Both the position numbers and the translations under genes were made by a program. A stretch of 64,000 bases of DNA from Takakia lepidozioides (taxonomy: Eukaryota > Plantae > Bryophyta), in assembly GCA_030704615.1 (NCBI GenBank), contig CM060731.1:3224001-3288000 (forward strand), written 5' to 3'. The notes beneath the pieces are model-generated. The model did no database searches, was not told where the DNA came from, and saw only the letters and a list, made by a program, of their open reading frames with translations. Below are positions 1 through 12,496 of this stretch, piece after piece; the stretch's first letter is position 1, and every line of letters starts with the position of its first letter.

Positions 1-21
1 CATGCACATGGTCATGACTTC

Positions 22-2600
22 TCAAAGCACTGACATAGCTTGAGTTTGGGATTTGGGAGGCAAGACATGATAATGAATTAGCCGGCGTTCCTCCCCACCC
101 ACTGTAATGGGCCATTTCTTGTCAGCCCTCATGTGCAAAGCCCGTGTTACAAAGGGATTTCCACTAAGAACATAAACATCAGCGTGGCTACATTGTGATT
201 TCAGAAACCTACCGAGTGCTTGCCATGTGGCACCCAACCACTCCTCATCATCCCTAAACAGGCACATCCAACCCCAAAGCGTACTCTTAGTGCAGGCCAC
301 CTATTAGCAGAAACTAGCCACATACCATCCAGCCTGCCCAGGAACCTGTCCATGCTTCAGGTTCTTGATGCATCTGACGGAGCACCATATGTAGAAATGA
401 AACAGCTATGCACAACAGTAACAGACATCCTGCTACATTTGGACATGAGTTGATGGAACAGCCGGCACTATAACATTCAAATAGTTACTTCTGCAGACTC
501 CATCGTTTGACATTCTGCAAACTTCCAAATTTGACATTAAAAACGTTAGTGCTAGAGAGTTGAGATACACCAAAAATTCATGTAGCTTTGTTTGGGCCAG
601 AAGAGGGGAATCAGGGAAAGAGAGAAACCTTGAGTCAGCAAGGCGAGAGCCCCAGGGAGGATTGACAACCACCAGAGAAGGGACTATGGGAGGACAATAC
701 AACCGGCAGTCCTTGCAGCTCAGTTCAAGCATATCACGCACGCCCGCGGACTGAGCATCGCGGTCACACAGGGACAATGCCCCCTCATGGATGTCATTGC
801 CTAGCAGTCGTAAACTCGATACGGGGATTTGAGCTGCAGCAGCATCCTCTCTACATCTCTTCCATGCTTGTTCATCGAAGTCATGCCATGTCTGGCATCA
901 AGATAAGTCGATATCTTTGTGAGGTGTAATCTGCATACCTAAACTAACTGAAGATGAAAAATTAACCATCCCAATTGCAAGCAGACTTAGCTGCTAAGAA
1001 AACATGCAAATGATCACCTGAGCACCTAACCTACCCAGCTCCTCCTCTCTAACCCAGTGTAGCAGGCATGGGCCAAAAAAATAAACATAGCATGCTCTTC
1101 CTGTGTGCCAGTTTTGCCACAACAAAGTCCCAACTACAAGGAGAACACACTGTCACCTTCTGTCTGGAGTGAAAGAACTCTCGAGGCATTGCTGTCATGC
1201 GACAGCATTCAAAACTCTATCCTAATCTAGGTCTGTTTTTTTCACAGTGTTGGAGCAAGATCTCATGGTGGACAAGAAAATACCTGGAAGGGCCAATGGG
1301 ACCGCATCAAACCTGGGGCGATGTTCTGAGCCATGAGAGCAGCCTCTATTAAAAACGTGCCAGACCCACACATTGGATCCAGAAGAACCCGTTCCTCTCC
1401 AAGGTCGTTCACGTTGGCACCTCCAAAGCTGGGCATGGCCTGATTCCAGCCAGCCATTGTCAAAACTGCAGCCGCAATCCCCTCATTTAAGCTTGCCTTG
1501 TGCATCACATCCCGGTAACCCCTCTTATGCAGACTGACACCACTCAAATCTCTGTAGAGAACAGCGGAATCCCTATATAGCGACAAAAATAAGGGCACGT
1601 CAGCGCTAGAACCCCCTTCCGCTGGTGGCTCTGGTCTGATGCCTCCGCAGGCATCCCGGATGGCATCGCAGATTGCATCCTTCGCTCTAGTGGATGCAAA
1701 CATAGAATTGGTCACATCGGAGCAATCCGAGACCCTACTTTGGACAGCGAAATTTCGAAATCTCCATTTGCCTCCAAACTGGCTCCCTGCAGCCTGTCCC
1801 ACCGTGCCCTCATTCCCCTCACTTTTCCGAGTGCCAGCATCATAATTCATCGGATCCTCTCTACTAGAACTAAGTTTCCCAGAGCGGCGCGCAGTAAATC
1901 GGGACTTAGAGGAGGCCGACGGAACCTTGGAACTGGAATTCGAATCCACCGGGGGTCCGTCATCAACAAGGAGTGCAGGCCAATCTGCAGCATCTCGAAC
2001 GAACTCATAGACAGGGTCCCCCCGTCGGCCAGTCGGCCTTGACAAGGGCGCAGCAGCAAGCTCCACCAACACGCGGACCGCGCATCGAAGCCACAGATTG
2101 GCTCTGTACCCCGTGCTGCGAGTGCCAACAAAAGAAACCCCAGCGGAACCTGCTTGGGTTCGCAGAGCCCCAATCAATGGAGAGCGAAGCTCTTCCAGCA
2201 CTACTTCCTCGAGCCCCGGTGCGCACGTAACATAGAACCTCAGTAAGGGCTCAGAGGCCTCTTCCTGGGCCCCCCTCTTCCCAGGTCTGCTTGAATACGA
2301 CCTCTGCGAAATCTCCGATGCTTCCTCTCCAGACTTCCCCGTCCCTGCACTAGACGCTCCACATTGCACCACACTCCTCTGTCTCGTCTTGAATCCACAA
2401 ACCCACGAAGGCCTGCCTGCAGCATCTCGGTAAGCAAACCCGCACAAAAATCGAGAGCCAGTTGCAATTGTATTCTGAGACTCAAGAAGATGTGATCCAC
2501 ATCGTCTTCTACACAGGAAGCAAGCCTTTGGTGGTGCTGCACACGGAGGGCTTTTCCCCCATAGCCGGGAAGCTTGAAGCCCTGCTCTCAGGACAGTCAT
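22..2600 (-). CDS. THUMP-domain SAM-dependent RNA methyltransferase, RlmL/RlmKL-like (probably organelle-targeted); exons 2600-1284, 891-629, 253-22
   Basis: Motifs FYVTCAPGLEEVV..EL, YRANLWLR.A.RVL, SLHKRGYR, ASLNEGIAAA, LLDPMCGSGTFLIEAAL and VVVNPPWG. GT-AG introns join the three frames in phase. The N-terminus is Ser/Arg-rich, like a transit peptide. Confidence 0.9.
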
Positions 2601-4415
2601 AGCTCAAAGATTTGCACTGTGGTTTAACAAGGGGGTTTACTGTTTACTCCTCCATTCCCTCTGTGACCCGCGGTGAACTTTGAATTACCGTTGTGGAGGT
2701 ATGTTACAGAGAGTATTGCCAGAGAGTCTTGGTGCACGGAAGTCCAGAAAGCACCTCTCGTGTGGGGGAACTCTCTCTCTCTCCCACACACACACAAGAT
2801 ATACTCAAGAGTCTAATATATATACATCCTCTGCATCAACAGGAGTGATGCTCTATAGGTGACTGCCATTGTATCTCTTGCTGAGCACCAGAAAGTGTTT
2901 AGCCCTCATGGGTAACTCTTGGTGCTGTGACCAAGAGATTTTCTTAGTGTTGGCAGGGAACTGCCACTACTTCATTGCATAGCCCCTACCTTCCTATCCT
3001 CCCTCTCTGTCCCATTTGAAGGCAAAGACTACAGATGGAACTCGTACAACAGATTTAACACTTCAAGCTTTCATGAAATTGACAAGAGCACATCTGTGGA
3101 CCTATAAAATTTGCTTCTGATAACCAGTAGTTGCCAAAATGAAACAAATGGTGACCAAAGCTTTTGGTAAGACTGTTGTAATGGTTAACTTCCTATATTA
3201 ATTAAATTGAGGAGTGCGAAGGACTCCATCCGGACTTAAGGTGACCCTTGTCAGAAGGAACTTGCTAATGGAAGCAGAGGTCGTCCGGAGATGCCTGCTG
3301 CCAATCTGCCTAACTCCAATAGTCCTCTTAGATCTCTTCCTTGAATGTTGATTTCCATAGCGATCTCTTCAATTTCTGTTCTTCTTTCCCTTTCCTTTAG
3401 AATTACCACATTCAGCATTCTTGTCACCAAAGATGGGCTTCAACTGGCTCAGTCGAGTGAAGTCAAAAGAAACGCAGCCGAACTTATCAGTCAGGATTTG
3501 GTCCTCAAACTGACGGTCCCACAGCACATCTCCATCATGGACAGCATATAGATGCTGGCTGAAAACAGGCTGCATTGATGAGCGCTCCACGCCTGATATC
3601 GTTATTGTGAATGACGCATCTTGAGCTAGGAAGGTCTGATAGAACCAGCCCCCCTCATCCCACAACTGATTTTAGTCTCACACAGTTAGAAGGTCATCTA
3701 CAAACATACTTTATACCAAAGATGCCACCTTGCGAGGCACTGACTACTACACTAGACGTGAAGCTAAGACACTGCTCTATCATATAAAACAATCACAAGG
3801 TGGTGGGAACTCCGGCCACCTCTGTAGATGCCGTGGCGAGTCTCAACAATTCTTACACAAGTCCAATGTATGTGACGGACGGCAACTTCAGCCAAATGGG
3901 AGCTCCTACACTATGACGACATGTTACGGAATGAAACTTCCAGAATGCCAGGTATTAAAGAAAAAAGGGGATCACCTCAAAATCTATTCCATAGAGAGGA
4001 CTGAACTCATCAATGATATGGCGAATAATCAAGCCATATCTGAGATAAGAAACTTCTGGCCGCACCAGCGTCAAGGGCTCGGAGGTAATAAAGGGAGAGA
4101 GTTGACCAGGTGAAGTCACAAAGCGCTGGTATATCAACTCAAATTTGCACTCAATGAGGATCATAGTTTTTGGACCAGTTATATTTATTCGGACCAGAAA
4201 TGACCTGCACAAGATCACATACATGGGGGTCATAAAACAGTTGGTAAGTTTGTACCTCATTTTCTCTGCTTATCTTCTGGCAGTGAAAGGCTACTAGTTC
4301 TGCAGGGAACAGTCAACAACCACTCTTTCAGGAGGTAGGAGGGCTCGGAGCCTAGGGGGAGGAAATGTAATTACAGAATTCTAGAGCTTTGTGAAAAGGC
4401 AAAGAGAGATTGTAC

Positions 4416-7136
4416 TCATAAGACGTTGTTTGCCGTAGCCTTGTGGCCATTGACCCCGCGCCCAGTTTGAGCGGGAACAAAAGGGACAGAACCTACCTCT
4501 GTCAGGGGCTGACGTTGGTAGTAAGACTTACCTCCATATATAGAATTAATCCGGGTTTTCCAGATATCCTCTAGAAATCCCTTCACACAAGCATCAATCT
4601 GCTGTGTGTGATTTGCCCAAAAACTAGGCCTCAGGAGGGCCTGGGCTTTTGGCTCAGCCTCGAGACTTTCAAAGTTGGTAAACAGGGGTACAGGCACAAT
4701 TCCCTTAATAGATTTGAAGAGAGCGTCTCTTTGGTGAGAGAACCCCGGACAGTGTATCAGAAAATGAATACTGTCTTCAGATTGCCCACACAACGGGCAA
4801 TTGCACTCTCCCTTTCCTCTCTGCTTCTGTTTGCTGTTCAAAGGTAGGCTTCCTGCCCTGAGTTTAAATTTCAGTCTAGTGCCGAGAGTGGGTAGACCCT
4901 TGAGGTCATCCAAGATGTCCTCCCCCATGTCACAGACTGGAAACAAGTTCAGGGAAGTTTTCTGCCTAACTTCATTTTCATCAGACAATCTCATGGCAAC
5001 AGACATGGCTGAGGACACTACAGCCTCTAAGTCAGATTTATCCAGCAGGGTCAAGACTTGCGGATCCAGGTCCAGGTCCTTGAGGATCTCTTCTACTCTC
5101 TTCTGCCAGGACTTAGCCTGTTTGACAGGGCGGTCCTGTTTCCAAGATATAGAGTCGATTAACTTAGGATATCTGGTGTTGGGCATATGTTGCAGCTGAC
5201 CCCACCATCTGACCTTGAATTCATCTCGTCGGGAGCTTAAGGACGGAATGCCAAACTCACCCCGAACAGCCACATTGGCTGTTTTGGAGCATGCTGACAT
5301 ACACTCCTTAAGCACCCCCACTTGAATGGATTCTAGAGACTTAGCCTGGTTGGAGTTATCAACCCATATAGCAGATCCGTACTCCAAGGCAGGTCTAATA
5401 ACGCGACAAAGCATGGTTTTCTTAACCTCAGAGTTGACCCCTCTGCAGTGGAAAAATTTAGTGAGCCCCAGAGCTTTGCCCTTGCCAGTTTGAACAACTT
5501 TCCGGATATGTGCATCCCAATTACAATTGGAGGAGAACTCAACGCCCAGGTAAGTGTAGGAAGGGAGGACCGGGATCTCTTGGCTACCCCACTGCCACTT
5601 AAGATCACTTCCTCCCTCTCCTCTGTCGTTGAATGCTACCACTGCACATTTGCTGACATTAGCCTCTAGCCCCCAAAGATCAAAGTATCTCTTCGCGCAA
5701 TCAATCAACTCCTGGAGATTGGTTGGAGTCTCCCCTATGCCTGCGAAGTCATCCGCAAACATAAGGGCTGGTATGGTGGTATCACCCACCCTTAACCCAA
5801 ATCCCTCACTTTCCACATCCTCGAGGAGTTGATTGATGAAAACATTGAAGAGCAGAGGGGAGAGAGTACATCCTTGAGCTACACCTTGGTCTATGTCAAA
5901 GAAGTTGGACTTCTGTCCGTTAACAGTGACACAGCTTTTGGTGTGAGCATACAAGTTGTGGACAACTCTCCACATCTTTCCCTTGATCCCACAAGACCAG
6001 AGGCGGAATAGGCCATCTCTCCACACTGTGTCATAAGCCTTTTTGACATCCAGGAAAAAGACATAAGTGGGTTTCCCTTCTTTTTTCCTTCCCTGGATAA
6101 TCTGGCTTAGAGTGAAGATATGATCCACACAGCCCCTGTTTCGCCGAAAGCCAGCTTGGCCTTCGTGGAAACAACCTCTAGACTCCAGATCAACCTCGAG
6201 ACGAGTACTTATAACTCTGCAGAATGTCTTGCCAACAGCATTGAGGAGCGTGATGCCACGGTAGTTCCCCGGTTCTTCTCTGTCACCCTTCTTGTATAGA
6301 TTGACAATGACCCCCTGTCGCCAGCGAAAGGGGATCATTTCAGTCTTCCAGATAAGGTTAAAGAGGAGAACTAGGGCCTCTATCATGGGATCGCCACCGT
6401 GCTTGATAAGCTCGTTGACAATACCATCAGGTCCACCAGCTTTATATCCATTTAAATGTTCAATTGCTTCCACAATCTCAGAAGAACTAATGGGAGCATT
6501 ATAAGCCATTGAAATATACTCCAGTTCATCAGGGCTGTTTTGAATCATAGGAACAGTTTTTCCAACTGTGTCCCTCCATTCAGCAGAAGACCCCTCACTG
6601 TTAGACCTAGAAGTTCTGCCAAGGATACTGTAGTGAGTTTCAAAGGTTTTGACAATGTCAACCGATGAAGTCACCACTGCACCTTTAGTAGTCTTCAGCG
6701 CTTGTACTTGCTGACCGTTTTTCGGCTTGTACAAACGTTGAAGGGCCAACCAGAATTTCTTGTCATTACCACCATGGTGGTTTGAGTTTATTTCACTGTA
6801 TAACTTGTCCCAGTATAATTTCTTCTGAGACCTAACAAGCTGATTGATATCTTTACGGAGCTGGTAGTACCTCGCCCACAATTCTCTGTTGGTTTCCAAA
6901 TTGCAGCACTCTTTATAGAGGGCTCGTCTCTCAGCTATCTTGAGTTTAATCTCATTAGTCCACCAATTAACTGCTCTACCGCAGACAATTAGTTTCCTCC
7001 CAATGATCTTGTCAGCCACGGAGGAAACGAAACTCTCCCAAGAGTCCACTGCTCTTTCGACTTCATTTCTTGCGTTAACAGAGCGTGACTGAAGTTCTTG
7101 GAGCGATTGGACAAAATGAGGGAGAGCCTCTTGCAA
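4416..7136 (-). CDS. LINE reverse transcriptase region with C-terminal zinc-knuckle-like motif
   Basis: KAGGPDGI, NYRGITLL, QAGFR, FLDVKKAYDTV, GVAQGCTLSPLLF, LMFADD, YTYLG and CPLC-x6-HFLIHCP in a 906-aa open frame. Confidence 0.95.
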   Translation of the reverse strand: MQEALPHFVQSLQELQSRSVNARNEVERAVDSWESFVSSVADKIIGRKLIVCGRAVNWWTNEIKLKIAERRALYKECCNLETNRELWARYYQLRKDINQLVRSQKKLYWDKLYSEINSNHHGGNDKKFWLALQRLYKPKNGQQVQALKTTKGAVVTSSVDIVKTFETHYSILGRTSRSNSEGSSAEWRDTVGKTVPMIQNSPDELEYISMAYNAPISSSEIVEAIEHLNGYKAGGPDGIVNELIKHGGDPMIEALVLLFNLIWKTEMIPFRWRQGVIVNLYKKGDREEPGNYRGITLLNAVGKTFCRVISTRLEVDLESRGCFHEGQAGFRRNRGCVDHIFTLSQIIQGRKKEGKPTYVFFLDVKKAYDTVWRDGLFRLWSCGIKGKMWRVVHNLYAHTKSCVTVNGQKSNFFDIDQGVAQGCTLSPLLFNVFINQLLEDVESEGFGLRVGDTTIPALMFADDFAGIGETPTNLQELIDCAKRYFDLWGLEANVSKCAVVAFNDRGEGGSDLKWQWGSQEIPVLPSYTYLGVEFSSNCNWDAHIRKVVQTGKGKALGLTKFFHCRGVNSEVKKTMLCRVIRPALEYGSAIWVDNSNQAKSLESIQVGVLKECMSACSKTANVAVRGEFGIPSLSSRRDEFKVRWWGQLQHMPNTRYPKLIDSISWKQDRPVKQAKSWQKRVEEILKDLDLDPQVLTLLDKSDLEAVVSSAMSVAMRLSDENEVRQKTSLNLFPVCDMGEDILDDLKGLPTLGTRLKFKLRAGSLPLNSKQKQRGKGECNCPLCGQSEDSIHFLIHCPGFSHQRDALFKSIKGIVPVPLFTNFESLEAEPKAQALLRPSFWANHTQQIDACVKGFLEDIWKTRINSIYGGKSYYQRQPLTEVGSVPFVPAQTGRGVNGHKATANNVL

Positions 7137-8001
7137 GGCTGGTACTCAGCCTTGACCTCCTCATTGTGGAATTTTTCTATGCGCCACTTCCGAATCGAAC
7201 GTTTCACAGATCTCTTGGTGGTGGGAAAACACCTTTTGATCTCAGTCCAAACCAGGAAGTGGTCAGAGGTACCAATATCAGTTCTGTCGATCAACACATT
7301 GGCACACTGGGGGAACAAAATTTTGTCCATTATGATATAGTCCACAATGGAACGTTCCCCAGTTTGGGATTTCTCACGAGTCCACTGCACTTGGTCACCT
7401 CTTGTCCTGTTATTCAAGGTCAAAAGCTGAAGCTCTTCTAGACAGTTAATTAACCGTCTGCCATTAGAATTCAGCTCGTCCTCACCAAAAGGTCCAATGA
7501 TATCGTCCTGATGGATCCCTTTGCCCACCCGGGCATTGAAGTCCCCCAATAGTACCACCTGACCTTTGGCAAGGAACGAAGCACAGTCCAGCTTTACATC
7601 TTCGAAGGCCTTGTCTGCGTCAGCACTAAGGGTCCCCTCTGTGGGCATGTAAACACAACCAACAAAGAGGTCCTTTGTACTCATGCCGCCCTTCAAATTC
7701 AGTTTTAGCCAGATACTATGCTCGTACCTCAAACCCTTGTTGATAATTTCACAATTGTCAAACAAGAAATCACGGACAAAGAATCCGACCCCTTTTTGAC
7801 CGCGTTTGGCAGAGGCTGCCTTGAGAGTACACATCTTACCTGCCCATTTATAACCAATGACATCTCCAACCAGTTTATCCGACGTTTCCCATGTTTCTTG
7901 CCCAGCACAGATATGAATATCATTAGTCCGAAGAACTTGTCCCACTTCAAGTTGTTTCCTTTGTTGGTCAACCCTGAGAAGTTGAAAGTGGCCAGCCGCA
8001 A
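7137..8001 (-). pseudogene. LINE APE-type endonuclease domain, frameshifted at ~7960 and ~7140
   Basis: LRLATFNFSGL, then a shift into GQETW, KGVGF, GCVYMP, LLGDFNARVG, SIVDYI and TSDHFLV, the canonical APE motifs. Confidence 0.9.
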
Positions 8002-8079
8002 GCCAGCCCTTTGCGTGTGAATTGTTTGTCGTCTAGGTAGCTTGTGATTGCTCCTGGACGGCCAACCGTTCTGCAAAGG

Positions 8080-8490
8080 GGGGACAGTTACCCCATGTGT
8101 AGATTTTGCTCGTCTTGTGTAAACTTTGAGAATTGGTAAACCATTCAGGGTACCAAATCTTTCAGTTACACGACGCACAGGCTCCGCACACATAGGGGCA
8201 GATTGTCCGTCAGACTGCTTGGGGACAATTACCCCGTGTATAGATTTTGCTCGTCTTGTGTAGACTTTGAGGATTGGTAAACCATTTAGAGTACCAAATC
8301 CTTCAGTTACACGACGTTCAGGCTCTGCACACTTAGGGACAGATTGTCCATCTGACGGCTTGGGGACAATTACCCCGTGTATAGAATTTGTTCGTCTTGT
8401 GTAAACCTTGAGGATTGGTAAACCATTCAGAGTACCAAATCCTTCAGATTCAGGACGTTCAGGTTCCGTACACTTAGGGGCATCTTGTCC
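8080..8490 (-). repeat. Three ~141-bp in-frame tandem repeats (47 aa, PKCxEPER..GFGTLNGLPILKVYTRR..) in the LINE N-terminal region
   Basis: Units start near 8080, 8221 and 8362; the repeat is visible in the translated ORF 7729..8598. Confidence 0.9.
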
Positions 8491-11400
8491 TTCTGGCTGT
8501 TTGGATTCAACCTCATCCAGAGCATCAAACCGATTAGAAACTCTCAAGTTGAAGTTGTTGCCCTTGGTTGTCTTCCTAGAGCCCCATTGAATCACCAATG
8601 TCTAAGACCGCTCTCCAGCCAGTCAAGGGACGAACTTCTTTGAGATTGAATTGATGCGGGACTCTATTAGAAGCACTTTTGGTCATTGCAACCTTCAACG
8701 TACCCCTGTTATCAAGTCTCGAGATGGTACCATTAGCCATGAAATCCAAGCCTAAGCTAGAGCATGTAGTTTTAAAGGACACATCGTCCATCCTGGGATT
8801 CACCCCAAAAACTACACATGAAGCCCTAGATTTGGCATAAGTAACCAATTCCCAGGGATCACCCTGAGGAGTGTTGATGTTGATAGGAGCTAAATTTTTT
8901 ATTGTTTTCGCAGGCCATAAGTTTAAGCACAGGAACCAACCCGAGCCCAAGTGCCGAGTATGCTAGACAGAGCATACGACTGCCCAATTTGGGCGGAGGG
9001 GCTGCCCCCAAGCGGTAGGAGTCCGCTTGTTACCATTCAGAGATCACACTCCAGGGAGTTGCAGGGAATGGCCCGTGTAGGCATATTCTAAAGAGGGAAA
9101 GGCCCCAAGCTTTCCAACTAAATCCAATGCACTACCTTACCTGAAGCAAAGCGCTTCAGGTCGAAACAAACAAGGACACGAGGTCACAAGGCCGGCATTT
9201 AGTCACAGAGACATTAATGTACTCCCGTTTCAAGTCCACCCAATGTCAATAGGCTTCCTAGAGGACAGGGAGAGAAAGGCAAAGAGAGAGAAAGAGAGAA
9301 AATAAGGAAGGCAAAGAGAGAGGACCATACTTGTTGGGCTTGTGGTCAGGAGACTCAGCTTTTTCTGTGAATTCTCTGAATTTGTCATTAGTGATGAGTA
9401 CCATCTCTGACCAGCGCACAGGCTCAGCCGGCTGTGACAGCCTGTGGAATACTGCACATTCATAATGTGGGCACTGTGGCCCTTTGCATATCATCCACAG
9501 TTGGACCTTCCTTCCCACACACTCATCTCTTGCTTTCTCACACTCACACACAGAATGTTTCTTAAGCTTATTGCTTGCCGGTATGCATGCCTTGTGTAAC
9601 CCCTCCCAACTAGGTGACAAATTTTAGTATGAGGATCCCCCATAGCACCATCGAGGCATACCTTTGACCTTCATGGCAAACATAATGTGACATAATGAGG
9701 GGAGAGTTGTTATGGCAGATCTACCACACTGGGAGTCTACTAAGAATACGACTTCAGGCAGAGAGAGACAGATACAGAAGTTAAACCAGACCCTAAGGCA
9801 ACTCTTACCTGCACCACTCAGGAAGACAAAGATAAGCTGAGCCATGAGTGTGTTCAGATTTGCAAGAAGAAGGTTGTAGGGTGAACGCGCCTCAACCCTC
9901 GAACCCCCAAAAGTGGTAGACAAAGATAGGCTGAAAATGAAGATTTTAAACCGCCTCTCGCCAACAGCTGCGAAAATAATGTCCCACCAAGTCTTCCTCC
10001 CCCATTCCTGGTCTTCGGGGATGAATAGGCCGTCAATATCCAGCAGATACAAACATGTAAAAACAACGCTTAGAAACAGTGGGCTTGATAGCATGATGAG
10101 GAAGAAAAGAGGGAGAGGCAATCGGAGTGAGTGGATGTACACATTGTAAACTTGTCTTAAAAAGCTCTCCTCATGTTTCACCTGCATTTCAATGACAATG
10201 GATCAGGTTAAATGTACAACATAAGACAAACCTATTACAAAGACAGACTTTCTAAGCACTCATCAAGGCACACATAGACAATGACCAAAAGATTATGCCG
10301 TGAAAGCTTGAAATGCCATGAAGCTTGAAAAACCAAGGATGTACATAACAGTCCCAGCAATGTGGAGTGCACAAACTTGAGAGTCTGAAAGGTGCAAAGG
10401 TGATTTGGTATGCTCCATTATGAATATCCTACAGACGGGAAAGAGCACACTGCTTGCAATTCTGCTGGCCTTGGTTTATTCATGCACACTCGGCATTACT
10501 ATCTGACACGAGCTTTCTTCCCGGAAAGTCCACCTGACCGACAGACATGAATCGGAACTTTCTCCAATCCGAACTTTTTCCAATGTTTTGAGCCTCAATT
10601 GTTCAATTATTAAGAAACTGTTCATAGGGAGACAAGGCGATCTTGATACACCTCATTTAGGCATCTACGATGATGCAGGATACTGGCAACTTGTGGGTAA
10701 TAGGAGTGATGGGAAGTAGCAAAACCCCAAGGAAAGTTGTGGGGATCAGGGTGAGATAGAATTCTATCGGAAATATGAACTCTGAATGTGTACAAGGTGT
10801 GACCCATTGTCACAGGTGGTGTTTTGAGTTGCAGAAGTAAAATTCCCTGTATGGCAGCTTCAGTTCAAGATCCAACTTGCATATAACTGTCCGTTGATGA
10901 TCAATCCCCAGATCCCAGTATCCTCAGCACTGGAAAAGTAACATAAACGAGTTAAAATTGCAACAAAGGAGTTAAAAATCTTATTACTCGCCTGTTTGCA
11001 GGAACGAAGATACTAACCTTCACAGAGCGAAGGGCCGCCTTTCCCTTGAGCTTCACTGGCCTTGATGATTCAGATACAGGCTTCTCCTTCCAAGTCCGCA
11101 TTTCTTACACGTTTCTGTCTCCAATACACCTCTTGCCTCCCTGCGCTCAATGGAGAATAAGGCTAGCTATATGATGGATCTAGCAAAGTGCTCTTTCATC
11201 CCCTCGAATCCTCAAACTCGGCTGTTTACTTAGATGCCGTTGGGTATATGATGGTCGATGCGATTGCCCAGAAACTTTGGCACACTCAACTGGTGATTTC
11301 GTCACAAGCAACACAACATTGAGAAGACTGCTCAGGACAAGAAATGAGGATCCAACCATCAGGACTACAAAATCTGGACACTCCGTTACAAAGCAGCTCA

Positions 11401-12454
11401 ATAAATTTGCTCAATTCTCTTGAAATTGATGCACATCCATGCCACTTTTACCCGTAAGATGGTGCCATCGCAAACAAGAAAATCCAAGTTCCAAAACCAC
11501 AGTGTAGGCTCGGCGAAGTGAGATTGCTCATCCTTCAACGGCCGGCATCAAATAAGCAGCAAGAGGTGTCTAGGGTCTACAATTACAGCACCAAGCGCCA
11601 TGCCATGACGAAATTGAGAGAGAAAGAGACAGAGAGAGAGAGGATCAAGACCTAAAAAATCAGTGCAACTGCTAGTACCAGCGCCAGAGTATGACACGAG
11701 GATAACAGGTGGACCCCGGGGCACCAAACCATGCAACAATTCACACGGCAAAGAAGGAAAAGGTATCGAGTATCGATACCTACAGAATCGAAGACAATCT
11801 ACCAAAGCACGGTGTTCCGACACGAGAACAGAAAGTGAGGCTGTGAAGCCTGACTTCAAAGCAAGATCGCCCGGAAATGACGACAGCAACACACCGAAAC
11901 GAAGGCGTGGGCCCAGGGTTTTTTCGTTTTGTCGCCATGCAGCCAGACACTGCGACAGCCTAGAGCTTCACATCCTTCAGTATTTACGGAGGACTATTAT
12001 AAGCAGTGATGGTAGGCGCTTCATATTATGTACTCTTCATTCACGAGAACGCTTGTCACCTGCTCTTCAAACTTGTCAACTTGATTGTTCCCTCCTGAGC
12101 ATTTTTCTTTCTTGTTAGTTGAAGTCAGGAAGTATGAAGAAGTAGCTTCAAAGTCTGGCTCAAGGTGTTGTGCTTGTCAGATTTCAGAGATTCCATCACT
12201 GGATTTAGAACGACTGTGTGATGAATTCCCATCCCATGTGTATCCAAGACTATCGGTTTTAGGGTTCACTTACTGCCCTAGCAAGGCGACGGCCAGATTG
12301 CTGTGTACATATTGTGTAAACGACGAATCTGCGTGAAGCTGAAACGTTGGAATACTGAAGAAGCATAGCAGTTAGATTCAAAACCAATGGAACAGTTCCT
12401 CCAAAGATAAGCAGATCCCAGCTCCAGCATTGGGCCAAAGAGGGAGACGAGAAC

Positions 12455-12496
12455 GTACTCATAAGACGACATTTGTTGTAGCCTTGAGGCCACTGA
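12455..12496 (-). repeat. Short diverged copy of the LINE 3' terminus
   Basis: gtactcataagacgacatttgttgtagccttgaggccactga aligns with 4412-4453 gtactcataagacgttgtttgccgtagccttgtggccattga. Confidence 0.7.

Larger units (their letters stand above)
4410..9274 (-). mobile_element. Near full-length non-LTR retrotransposon (LINE; APE endonuclease + RT + C-terminal Cys/His motif; RTE/RTEX-like)
   Basis: Contiguous APE and RT coding sequence with an upstream extension and a hairpin-rich 5' region. Candidate 15-bp TSD aaaggcaaagagaga at 4395-4409 and 9275-9289; it is low complexity, so the boundary is uncertain. Confidence 0.9.

Noticed and set aside
9300-11940. Additional spliced minus-strand gene (splice-like sites at ~9807, ~10183, 11018 and 11140)
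   Set aside because: No continuous reading frame or recognisable product could be assembled. It may be a lncRNA or UTR, but this is unsupported without RNA data.
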